64,000 nucleotides of DNA. Origin: Blastocatellia bacterium. Lineage in GTDB: Bacteria > Acidobacteriota > Blastocatellia > UBA7656. A model generated the notes under the pieces. The model was not told the DNA's origin, searched no databases, and was given only the letters and a program-made list of their open reading frames with translations. Both the position numbers and the translations under genes were made by a program. This document shows, one piece after another, positions 53,811 to 62,613 of the stretch. The first letter of the stretch is position 1; each line of letters starts with the position of its first letter. Location: the NCBI GenBank assembly GCA_035249305.1, contig DATFGQ010000007.1, forward strand, positions 18,915 through 82,914, written 5' to 3'.

Positions 53811-54970
53811 GTGAACGCGACTTTCTGTTCAGAGACTGATGCAGCCGCCTCCGTCTGAAACGGGATCTCGATGGTCAACAACAACCCGCCGCCCACGGCG
53901 TCGGAAAGCTCGAAGCGGTGACAATCACCGTAGAGCCGCTTCAGCCGCGCTCGCGTGTTGCTAAGCCCGACGCCTTCGCGGCTCGTCACGGCAAGGTCCG
54001 ACTTCGCCTGAATGCCAGGGCCGTTGTCTTCGACCTGCAAGCGGAGCGCGTCACCCGCGCGGGCGGCGCGGACCTCTATGCGGCCCGGCGCGATGCGCGA
54101 GGCTATGCCGTGGCGTATGGCGTTTTCGACGATCGGCTGCAAGATCAGGTTGGGCACCAGCGCGTCGAGCGCCTGCGGCTCTATATCCATCTGAACCGTC
54201 AGGCGGTCCTGGAACCTCACCCGCTCTATCTCAAGATAGCACCTCAAGAACTCAAGCTCTTCCTGTAGAGTCACCTCCTGCGCGCCCGAATTCGCCAGGG
54301 TCATCCTCAGCAGATCGCCGAGCCGCGCGAGCATCTCGTCCGCAGCTTCGGCGTCTTCGTCCAGCAGCGCCGAGATGGAGTTCAGCGTGTTGAATAAAAA
54401 GTGCGGGTGCAGTTGCATCTTGAGCGCCTGCAACTGCGCCTCGGTGATCTGCAACTGTGCTTCGGCCAGCTCGGCTTTCAGCCGCGAGGCCTTCAGCTCC
54501 TCTTCCTGGTACCGCTGGTAATAGAGCAGCGCGTGGCTCACTAAGAGTATGGTCGCGTAACTCATCAGCGCCGTCGGCATGTTGAAGAAGAAGAGAAAGT
54601 CGAACAGATCCGCGAGCGAAGGTATGGGCCTGTAGGCTACGACGTTGAGCCCCCATCCTATCAACAGGTAGGCGGCGCGGTGCGCGCAAGAGAAGAGCAC
54701 GCACGCGCCGACGTGAACCGCTAGGCTCGCCATCCACCGCTCGCGCTCTATGCGGTGGCGGCGCGTGATCTTGAATATAAGCGGAGAAAGCCCGGCCCAC
54801 AGCAGCCAGTAAGGCAACTCCCAGACCAGCATCTCTATGAAGGTCGGCTGTTTCGTAAAGATGAAGACGTAGTGGTCCGCGTACAGATAGTAGTTGAGCG
54901 TGAAGGTCATCCCTATCAGCACCCAGCCGACCAGGACCAGGGCCCACAGCCTCTTTCCGGGCTTTAACAT
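53807..54970 (-). CDS. LytS/YehU-type sensor histidine kinase
   Basis: 387-aa ORF with about 4-5 N-terminal TM helices, the His-kinase motif HPHFLFNTLNSI, and an HATPase_c region (QPIVENAIRHG, DNGPG). Confidence 0.88.
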   Translation of the reverse strand: MLKPGKRLWALVLVGWVLIGMTFTLNYYLYADHYVFIFTKQPTFIEMLVWELPYWLLWAGLSPLIFKITRRHRIERERWMASLAVHVGACVLFSCAHRAAYLLIGWGLNVVAYRPIPSLADLFDFLFFFNMPTALMSYATILLVSHALLYYQRYQEEELKASRLKAELAEAQLQITEAQLQALKMQLHPHFLFNTLNSISALLDEDAEAADEMLARLGDLLRMTLANSGAQEVTLQEELEFLRCYLEIERVRFQDRLTVQMDIEPQALDALVPNLILQPIVENAIRHGIASRIAPGRIEVRAARAGDALRLQVEDNGPGIQAKSDLAVTSREGVGLSNTRARLKRLYGDCHRFELSDAVGGGLLLTIEIPFQTEAAASVSEQKVAFT

Positions 54971-55043
54971 CCCGCCTCCTCCGAGAAAACCTGCGCGCTC
55001 GCGGCCAGTCTATAATAATGCTAAACGCCGCCCTCGGCCATAG

Positions 55044-55323
55044 GAGTCCTGAGTGCTGAGTCCTGAGTGCTGAGTCCTGAGAGCGCGTCTGAGAAGTAGC
55101 AACATACTCGGCTCCGTAGGAGCCGGATGTTTGTAGATGATCGCCAGGCAGCTCCCTCCAACCCCGTAGGGGTTGAATGTCTGGTATGCAACTCCTACGG
55201 AGTTGGGGAATGGCCCATGACTATCTACAAATATTCAACTCCTACGGAGTTGAGGTGCGTTTACGCTATCGTTCTACAAACATAGAGCCCCTACGGGGCT
55301 TTTCAGACGCCCTCTGAGTGAGG
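55044..55323. repeat. hairpin-cassette intergenic element, family A copy 2
   Basis: A 14-bp tandem head (GTCCTGAGTGCTGA x about 2.5, 55044-55081) is followed by blocks shared with 3591-3790. There is one extra tag+hairpin module (CTATCTACAAATATT-CAACTCC-TAC-GGAGTTG, 55221-55252). The right terminus is CTTTTCAGACGCCCTCTGAGTG (55299-55320). Confidence 0.8.
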
Positions 55324-55515
55324 CGTATTACGATTTATAATTGACAAAAGATAAGCTCCGCGATAGCATCGCGCACGTCTTTGCCGCACCGCGCTGATAG
55401 GCCTTCCTCACTTGTTTGAACGAATCAAAAGGGCTGGACTTTGCGTCTATAAGTGACATGCGGCCTTTCACCACGCGGCCCGGTAGCCTGAGGATTAAAG
55501 GAGGCAAGTAAACCA

Positions 55516-56133
55516 ATGTCAAGCGAGCAACCGACTTCACTCCAGTTCACGGAAGAGATGAAAGGATTTGTCACTTTCGGCGAGACCGATTTCCAGCGCG
55601 GCCACGACGAGGGCAAGAATGCCGGCACCGCGTTCATGTTTCACCTGACGATCACGATCGAGGACGTAGATCGCTTCGTCGCAGAGCCACGGCACGAAGG
55701 GCGCGCGGACGGCTTCATACGCTGCGACAAGCTGGGCGGGGAGCGGCCCGTCGAAGGCGGGATATTCAACCTCTTCGTCGATTCGGGTGAAGCGAGGCGA
55801 AAGCTGATGCTCTACCGCCTCTTCTTCCTCGACGACAAAGGCGAGCCCTACACGATGAGCGGCTTCAAAGACATTAAAGATGACCAGGGGTTCGACCCGA
55901 ACGAGATGTGGAAGGACACTACGACGCTCTACACGCGCATACTGCGCGGGCGCGTCTCGGCCGAAGAGGAGGCCGGCGCGGAGGTCGTGGCCGCAGGGAT
56001 CATCATCATTCTGAGGGCCGATTTCGCTAAACAGCTCACGACCTTCAGGGCCGAAGGGCCGCACAAGGTCGCGGCCATGGCGAAATTCAACAAGCTATTC
56101 ATGGGCAGCCTGCGGGAAGTCTACGGCCTGTAA
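55516..56133 (+). CDS. hypothetical protein co-transcribed with GMC oxidoreductase
   Basis: 205-aa ORF with a strong RBS (AAGGAGG). The next gene starts 10 nt after its stop. No family recognised. Confidence 0.7.
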   Translation: MSSEQPTSLQFTEEMKGFVTFGETDFQRGHDEGKNAGTAFMFHLTITIEDVDRFVAEPRHEGRADGFIRCDKLGGERPVEGGIFNLFVDSGEARRKLMLYRLFFLDDKGEPYTMSGFKDIKDDQGFDPNEMWKDTTTLYTRILRGRVSAEEEAGAEVVAAGIIIILRADFAKQLTTFRAEGPHKVAAMAKFNKLFMGSLREVYGL

Positions 56134-56143
56134 AGGAGAGAGA

Positions 56144-57745
56144 TTGATGAGCTTCGACGTCATAGTGATAGGCAGCGGATTCGGCGGCGCGATCACCGGC
56201 TGCCGCCTCGCGGAGAAGGGTTACAAAGTGCTCATACTTGAGCGCGGCCGTAGGTGGACTAAAGAGACCTACCCGTCGACTACGAAGCGGAACTGGATCT
56301 ATGACCCCAACCGGCCGGAGCGCGAGAGCGGCTGGCTGGACCTGCGCGTCTACCCGAACATGAGCATCGCGCAGTGCGCGGGCGTAGGAGGCGGGTCGCT
56401 GATCTACGCCAGCATATCTGTCGAAGCCCGGCCCGACATATTCCAGATGAAAGGCTGGCCCGCCGAGATCACCTACGACGAGCTGAAGCCTCACTACGAC
56501 ACGGTCGCCACGTTCATGAACGTCCAGAAGATGCCCGCAAACCAGTTGAACCCCCGGACGCACGCAATGAAAGAGGGGGCGGAGAAGTTAGGGCACGGCG
56601 ACCGGTTCCACATGCTCGAGATGGCCGTCACCTTTGACCCGGACTTGCAGTTCGACGTGAACAACCCTCCGAAGGTCGAAGCGTCTAAAGAGTTCACCAA
56701 CGCTCAGGGGGTGAAACAGGGGACGTGCGTTCACACGGGCTTCTGCGACATAGGCTGCCCCGTCTACGCGAAAAACACACTCGATTTGAACTACATCCCG
56801 TGGGCGGAAAAAAATCATGCCGAGGTGCGCGAGATGCACCTGGTCACGAACATCGAGCCCGAAGCCGACGGCTACAAGGTGTCATTCGACCGCATCGACG
56901 CCGACAAGCGCCGCCGCGTCGCCGGGAGCGAGACGGCGCGCATAGTGATAATCGCCGCCGGGTCGTTAGGCTCTACGGAGCTGTTGCTGCGCTGCCGCGA
57001 CGAAAACAAAAGCCTTCCAAACATAAGTCAGTTTCTGGGGCACAACTGGAGCAGCAACGGCGACTTTCTTACGCCCGCCATCTACTCGAATCACAAGTTC
57101 TATCCCGACCGCGGGCCTACGATTTCGAGCATGATAGATTTTCGCGACCGGAGCTTTCAGGGGCAGAGCTTCTGGATCGAAGACGGCGGGATGCCTAATC
57201 TGTTAGGCGACCGTATGACCATGGGCGCCGCGAAGATGGCGAAAGGGTTGAACGCCGAGTCGCTGATTCTAGGGATACAGAAGTTCCTGCGCGACTCAAG
57301 CGTAACAAACAACGTGATGCCGTGGTTCGCTCAAGGAGTGGACGCAGCCGACGGCGTGCTTTCGTTGAAGCGCCCCTGGTGGCAGTTCGGGTTGGGGTCG
57401 AAGAAGTTACACCTCAACTGGGACATAACGAAATCGCTCCCGCTCTTTAATGCGGTAGTCGACATGCACAAGGATCTTTCAAAGGCGACGGGGGGCACGC
57501 CGATCGTGCCTCCGGGGTGGACGTTGTCACACGACCTGATAACGCCGCACCCGCTGGGCGGCTGCAACCTGGGCAGCACGGCAAGCGATGGCGTCGTCAA
57601 TCACAAGGGCGAAGTCTTCGGCTACAAGAACCTCTACGTGGCAGACGGCGCGATCGTGCCGACGGCGCTCGGCGTCAACCCCTCGCGCACGATCGGCGCG
57701 ATGGCCGAGAGGATCGCCAAGCACATCGCGGAAGAGGGAAGATAA
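56144..57745 (+). CDS. GMC-family FAD-dependent oxidoreductase (cholesterol-oxidase-like)
   Basis: 533-aa ORF with N-terminal FDVIVIGSGFGGAITGCRLAEKGYKVLILERG (FAD motif) and C-terminal HPLGGC and NLYVADGAIVP motifs. Confidence 0.9.
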   Translation: MMSFDVIVIGSGFGGAITGCRLAEKGYKVLILERGRRWTKETYPSTTKRNWIYDPNRPERESGWLDLRVYPNMSIAQCAGVGGGSLIYASISVEARPDIFQMKGWPAEITYDELKPHYDTVATFMNVQKMPANQLNPRTHAMKEGAEKLGHGDRFHMLEMAVTFDPDLQFDVNNPPKVEASKEFTNAQGVKQGTCVHTGFCDIGCPVYAKNTLDLNYIPWAEKNHAEVREMHLVTNIEPEADGYKVSFDRIDADKRRRVAGSETARIVIIAAGSLGSTELLLRCRDENKSLPNISQFLGHNWSSNGDFLTPAIYSNHKFYPDRGPTISSMIDFRDRSFQGQSFWIEDGGMPNLLGDRMTMGAAKMAKGLNAESLILGIQKFLRDSSVTNNVMPWFAQGVDAADGVLSLKRPWWQFGLGSKKLHLNWDITKSLPLFNAVVDMHKDLSKATGGTPIVPPGWTLSHDLITPHPLGGCNLGSTASDGVVNHKGEVFGYKNLYVADGAIVPTALGVNPSRTIGAMAERIAKHIAEEGR

Positions 57746-57752
57746 AGCGCGG

Positions 57753-58595
57753 CTACTTCCACTCTCTCGTGAACTTCGTCCGGGCGTAGGCGATCTGAAA
57801 ACCCTGGCGCTGCACGTTGCGCTGCGATGTGGTCCCTGGCAGCGTCGTCACCATAGCCAGGTCGCACCCCTTAGTTACAGCATGCGCCAGCCGCTTTCTT
57901 AGAAGCCCCGATTGAATGCCGAGATTCCTGTGTTTGGGCATCGTGCTGGTCCCGCCTAATTCGGCAACGCCGTCTTTAATGAATACCGCGCCGCCCCCGG
58001 CCGGCTCCCCTTTGTTGAAGGCTCCAAAACATGCGCAGTTATCTTGACGGAAGAAGACTTTGAAGACTTCGATCAATGAATCCTGCGCAAGGCTCGACTC
58101 CGCGAAGCCTTCGGCCACCACCCTGGAAAAAGTGTCGATCTCGTCTTCGCCAGCTTCGCGGATAACGTAATCGCCCTGGACCTCGAACTCGTCGGCAGGC
58201 GAGAGATTCCTCACCAGGACATGTGTGAACTCGCTGATCGTGTAGCCACGCTCGATCAATTTCTGGATAAAGATCATGTCGGCCATATTACATACTTCGA
58301 CGTTGACGGCCGCACCACGATCCTTAAAAAACGCTTCCAGCTCATCGACCTCCTCGTCCGCGACTTCGCCATCCAATCCCATCCCGAAAATCTGCGTGAG
58401 CGGCGAGTCGGCCCCCGCGAAGACTGCGTATCCGCTCCCTATCTTCTTGTACGCGGCCTCCGGCTCAAGCCCCATACGCTTATAAGCCTTCGCGTATTCG
58501 ACTTGATTCAAAGCCTCGACCGTCTCAAGTCTTACGGCCATCGTCTTGTCGGAAAGTATCATCGATTGCGAATTCCCTTCTGTGAGATTTACCAC
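57753..58595 (-). CDS. two-domain GNAT-family acetyltransferase
   Basis: 280-aa ORF. The C-terminal domain has HRNLGIQSGLL (acetyl-CoA motif A). The start is uncertain: ATG 58595 overlaps the ABC gene stop by 7 nt, and alternatives lie at 58562 and 58541. Confidence 0.72.
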   Translation of the reverse strand: MVNLTEGNSQSMILSDKTMAVRLETVEALNQVEYAKAYKRMGLEPEAAYKKIGSGYAVFAGADSPLTQIFGMGLDGEVADEEVDELEAFFKDRGAAVNVEVCNMADMIFIQKLIERGYTISEFTHVLVRNLSPADEFEVQGDYVIREAGEDEIDTFSRVVAEGFAESSLAQDSLIEVFKVFFRQDNCACFGAFNKGEPAGGGAVFIKDGVAELGGTSTMPKHRNLGIQSGLLRKRLAHAVTKGCDLAMVTTLPGTTSQRNVQRQGFQIAYARTKFTREWK

Positions 58596-60418
58596 TCGGC
58601 TTCGGTCGTCGCCGCAGGCTGCGGCGGATAGTCTCTGAACTGAATATCATATAACTGTTTGTAAAGGCCGTTTGCTTCGACCAGATCTTTATGCGTGCCT
58701 TCTTCGATGACGGCCCCGCGGTCCATCACTACGATGCGGTCGGCGCGGCGCACGGTCGAAAGGCGGTGAGCTATGACGAACGTCGTGCGCCCCTCCATCA
58801 ATGTTTCGAGCGCGTCCTGCACCAGCCGCTCCGACTCGTAGTCGAGCGAGCTGGTCGCCTCGTCAAGAATGAGTATCGCCGGGTTCTTGAGCAGGGCGCG
58901 GGCTATCGCGATCCGCTGGCGCTGCCCGCCCGATAGCTTCACCCCGCGCTCGCCGACGATCGTGTTATAGCCTTCGGGGAACTCCGTTATGAACTCGTGC
59001 GCGTGCGCGGCGCGGGCGGCCGTCTCTATCTCGGCGTCCGAAGCGTCGAGCTTACCGTAAGCGATGTTCTCGCGGATGGTCCCGCCGAAAAGAGTTGTCT
59101 CCTGCGGCACCATGCCTATGGCCTGCCTGAGGTCTTTGAGCCTCACACGTCTCACGTCGCGCCCGTCGACCAGGATCGCCCCCGACGTGACATCGTAGAA
59201 ACGCGGGATCAAGGCCGCGAGAGTCGATTTGCCGGCCCCGCTTGGCCCCACGAGCGCTATCACCTCGCCGGATTGCGCGCGGATAGAGACGCCTTTCAAA
59301 ACGGCCAGCTCCCGCTCGTCCGGGTAAGTGAAGTGCACGTCCTTAAGCTCGACGTTGCCCGACACTTCGGCGAGCGGCTCGGCCGGCTCGGGATCTTTTA
59401 TCTCGGGCTTGGTGTCGAGCAATTCAAATAGTCGCCTGGTCGCGCCTATGGCCTGGTTGAACTGGCCGTAGAGCTCAGTCATGCCTCCGATGGCGCCGCC
59501 GACCACGAACGTGTAAAGCACGAACGCGACCAGCTCCCCGGCCGTAAGCTGCTCGGCGATCACCATGCGGCTGCCGATCCAGAGGACCACCGCGATGCCG
59601 CTGTAGACTACGAGTATGATGAAGGCGATGAAGCCGCCGCCGGCCAGAGAGCGGCGGATCGCCAGCTTGAATGAGTCTCGAATCCGTTGGCCGTAGCGCG
59701 CTCGCTCGTACTCTTCGCGCACGAACGACTGGACGATGCGGATGGCCGAGAGGCTCTCTTCGAGGACCGAGTTCGCTTCGGCCAGCTCGTCCTGCACGCG
59801 CGTGCTGAGACGCCGAACGTAGCGGCCGTAAAAGGTGGCCGAAAGTATCACGACCGGGACGATCGCCATCATTATCAGCGTCAGCCGCGTGTTGGTTATG
59901 GCGATGATCGCCACTCCCCCGAACAGGATTATCGCGAGGCGCAGAAGCTCAGTGACGCTCCCCGTGGTGACCGTCTGCACGACGCTCACGTCGGAGGCGA
60001 GCCGCGACGTAAGCTCCCCGACCCGCCGGCTCGCGAAAAAAGAGATGGGCAATTCCGTAAGGTGCGCGTAGACCTGTACGCGCACGTCGGCGACTATACG
60101 CTCGCCCGTGTAAGAGAGCAGGTAAGAGCGGAGGAAGCTGAACAGCGCCTGTGCGGCGAAGACGGCTATCAGGAGGAGTGCGAATCGATTGAGGCGCGCG
60201 GCGTCTTTGTTAGTGAAGGCCGCGTCGATAATCAACCGCACCACCTGTGGGAATGCCAGGCCGAGCAGTCCCGCAATGAGCAGGCTCGCGAGCGCTATGG
60301 CGAGCCGCAGCCGGTACGGCTTTGTATAGGCGAGCAGCCGCAGAAGCTCGCGGGGCGACCCGCGTTTCTCCTTCTCTTCTTTCGGCTGCAAGCCTGCTCT
60401 TTTCCTGTTTACGAACAT
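58589..60418 (-). CDS. ABC exporter, fused permease/ATPase (MsbA/ABCB-like)
   Basis: I chose the start ATG 60418 (MFVNRKRAGL...). A six-TM domain is followed by Walker A GPSGAGKST, signature LSGGQRQR and Walker B ILILDEATS. Confidence 0.9.
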   Translation of the reverse strand: MFVNRKRAGLQPKEEKEKRGSPRELLRLLAYTKPYRLRLAIALASLLIAGLLGLAFPQVVRLIIDAAFTNKDAARLNRFALLLIAVFAAQALFSFLRSYLLSYTGERIVADVRVQVYAHLTELPISFFASRRVGELTSRLASDVSVVQTVTTGSVTELLRLAIILFGGVAIIAITNTRLTLIMMAIVPVVILSATFYGRYVRRLSTRVQDELAEANSVLEESLSAIRIVQSFVREEYERARYGQRIRDSFKLAIRRSLAGGGFIAFIILVVYSGIAVVLWIGSRMVIAEQLTAGELVAFVLYTFVVGGAIGGMTELYGQFNQAIGATRRLFELLDTKPEIKDPEPAEPLAEVSGNVELKDVHFTYPDERELAVLKGVSIRAQSGEVIALVGPSGAGKSTLAALIPRFYDVTSGAILVDGRDVRRVRLKDLRQAIGMVPQETTLFGGTIRENIAYGKLDASDAEIETAARAAHAHEFITEFPEGYNTIVGERGVKLSGGQRQRIAIARALLKNPAILILDEATSSLDYESERLVQDALETLMEGRTTFVIAHRLSTVRRADRIVVMDRGAVIEEGTHKDLVEANGLYKQLYDIQFRDYPPQPAATTEAEW

Positions 60419-60465
60419 CTTGTTTCGGTCAGAGACAGTTGCTAGATTTAACCGTGGTGAGAGCA

Positions 60466-60876
60466 ATGGTCAAGGACTTTTCGCCTGCCCAGAGACTGGA
60501 ACGGATAAAAGCCATCGACACGCCCGACGGGCACCAGACGCTGATACGCGCGCAGTGGCGCGACTTCGCCGCATTCGCCTGGAAGCACTACCTGAGCGAA
60601 GGGCGCGGCGCGATAGTCGTAGAGATGAGCCGCGCGGGTGACGACGGGGCGGGCTTTCAAGTTCCGACTTATTACGTGGCCGACCGCAGCGAGAAGCTTG
60701 AGCGCCGGGGCGGATGGCCGAACAGGGAAATGGCCGAGGTCGTCGCCGACTACGACCCCGAGCTTGACGTAGTCTTTATCTTCCTGACCATGGAAGGCGA
60801 CTGGGTTTATTATCTGGTCTCGGACGATCTTACCCCGCCGCAGGCTTACACATCGAAAGACGTGAAACAATTTTGA
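60466..60876 (+). CDS. hypothetical protein
   Basis: I chose the start ATG 60466 (MVKDFSPAQRLERIKAIDTP...), giving 136 aa. It is divergent from the ABC exporter with a 47-bp spacer. No family recognised. Confidence 0.55.
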   Translation: MVKDFSPAQRLERIKAIDTPDGHQTLIRAQWRDFAAFAWKHYLSEGRGAIVVEMSRAGDDGAGFQVPTYYVADRSEKLERRGGWPNREMAEVVADYDPELDVVFIFLTMEGDWVYYLVSDDLTPPQAYTSKDVKQF

Positions 60877-61004
60877 AACTTTGCCTCGACGCGCGCGTGT
60901 ACCAACATCGAGATGCAAAGGAGCCGAGGCTAATACCCTTCATCTCAATAATCACCTTTTAGCCTACAGGCAATAACTTCATCATAAGGAGCTCAGTACG
61001 TCCT

Positions 61005-61604
61005 ATGACTAAATACCGCTTTGCAACCATACGCTCGCGATCGACTCTCTTCTTTCGTCCCACGCTACTGATGACCATAGCCCTATGCCTTGCCGTCTGT
61101 GCGAATGCTCAAGACAGCGGGCAGGGTGTTGGGGTGGTTCAGGAAGGAACTGCTAGGGGATCGATTGAAGCAGTCGTGATCGATGTTCAGGGAACTAACC
61201 TCAGGATAGCCGGCGGGATCACGATTGACATCTCAATGGCAACTATCAGGGCGATTGGAGGAGAACGGATCGATATATCGATCAAGCCAGGCATGTGTAT
61301 TCGTGCCCATATCGTCGGCTCCGACGACGCATCGTCTACGCTTGTAGCGGACTCGATCAGGGTTCAGCCGGATGACCAGATCATCTTTTCAGGATTGCTT
61401 CAGGATGCTGATCTCGACAACGGGCACCTTACGATTCTCAACCGGCGAATCCTTATAACCAGCGAGACCTCTATCCCCATCGGATTCAAGCACCGAAAGC
61501 TAAGAGCCGATCTGCCCGTGTCGATAATAGCTAAGCCGGTCGGGCCTGATCTGGTTGCTACGTACATTTTCCCGAAGATCGTTCTTCCGCGGATCTTTCC
61601 GTAA
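61005..61604 (+). CDS. hypothetical secreted beta-rich protein
   Basis: 199-aa ORF with a hydrophobic signal-like segment LLMTIALCLAVCANAQ. GC is lower than the flanks. No family confidently recognised. Confidence 0.55.
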   Translation: MTKYRFATIRSRSTLFFRPTLLMTIALCLAVCANAQDSGQGVGVVQEGTARGSIEAVVIDVQGTNLRIAGGITIDISMATIRAIGGERIDISIKPGMCIRAHIVGSDDASSTLVADSIRVQPDDQIIFSGLLQDADLDNGHLTILNRRILITSETSIPIGFKHRKLRADLPVSIIAKPVGPDLVATYIFPKIVLPRIFP

Positions 61605-61709
61605 TCGGCAAGATTTTGTCTTGTCCTATCTTGCTCTTTGAAATACGATCTCCTCGCGACCCTGTTCGATCGCCTGCCCCTGATGATCACTCTGTTTGAG
61701 GGCACTCCG

Positions 61710-62141
61710 ATGCGTAATTCATCTTTGAGATCGACACTCACTTTGCTCCTGATCGTAATGGCTGCCGGTTGCTCTTCCCCTTCCGCTAAAGAGTCTGCGC
61801 CTGAGCAACTGCCTCACGTAATAGTCGCCAACGAGCTTGCGGCGATGAGCAGGCTTCAGTCCATAGCTAAAGCTGAAGCTCTGTATAGGCTCGAAGCGGG
61901 CGACAGCTATGCGACTCTAGATGAGCTTACGAAGAGAAAGTTAATAAGAGATCCGGCGCAAGGTAAATTGACGGGTTACAGCTTTGACGTTCGCGTGAAG
62001 CCTGGGGGATTCGAGGCGACGGCAGTCCCTTTGCAACCGGGCATCTCCGGTAAGCGGTCGTTTTATATTGATGAGACGAACGTGCTGCGAGGCGCGAATA
62101 AGCAAGGAGCGAAGGCGACCTCGTTGGATAAAGAAGCTTGA
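61710..62141 (+). CDS. putative lipoprotein
   Basis: I chose the start ATG 61710, giving MRNSSLRSTLTLLLIVMAAGCSS (a lipobox-like AAGC). 143 aa. Confidence 0.55.
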   Translation: MRNSSLRSTLTLLLIVMAAGCSSPSAKESAPEQLPHVIVANELAAMSRLQSIAKAEALYRLEAGDSYATLDELTKRKLIRDPAQGKLTGYSFDVRVKPGGFEATAVPLQPGISGKRSFYIDETNVLRGANKQGAKATSLDKEA

Positions 62142-62167
62142 AGGGGCTTCTAAGAAAGTAATTCTCG

Positions 62168-62514
62168 CCGCAGAGACGCAGAGAGCGCAGGATGGCCGAC
62201 GATGTGCTTCGCACGCGGCGGCGTCGCGGAGCAGAATTAAGCCTCGAAGAGGCGCGATTCAACAGCCAGGGGCATCGCCCCTGGAAACGGGTTGTTATTA
62301 ATGATGAGCCCTGAAAGGGCGCGATAGATATATCGCCCTTTCAGGGCTTCTCGGTGTGTACGCACGTAACCCGGCGCGATGCGCCGGGCTATTGAATCAC
62401 GCCCCTACGGGGCTTTCGGCTATTGAATCGTCGCCCCTTTGGGGCTTTATCTTCTCTGCGCCGCCGCGTGCGAAGCACATCATCGGCCATCCTGCGCTCT
62501 CTGTGTCTCTGCGG
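62168..62514. repeat. family B hairpin cassette enclosed by 56-nt inverted repeats (MITE-like or long stem-loop)
   Basis: The reverse complement of 62168-62223 matches 62459-62514 at 54/56 positions, and both mismatches are transitions. The interior (about 62240-62450) aligns with 31441-31640. Confidence 0.8.
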
Positions 62515-62613
62515 TGAACTCGATTTCCTCATCCCTGCCGTGACTTGAACTGTCCGTGACGCCAGAATACAATTTACATCAATTCGGTTGCCTTCCTGCT
62601 TTGGAGGTACGCT

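Noticed and set aside
52872-53858. 328-aa plus-strand ORF
   Set aside because: It is antisense to the LytTR response regulator and spans the regulator-permease spacer. It has no motifs.
55044-55081. Short tandem repeat GTCCTGAGTGCTGA considered as a possible CRISPR or minisatellite
   Set aside because: It has only about 2.5 units of 14 bp, no spacers, and no cas genes. It is the head of repeat element A2.
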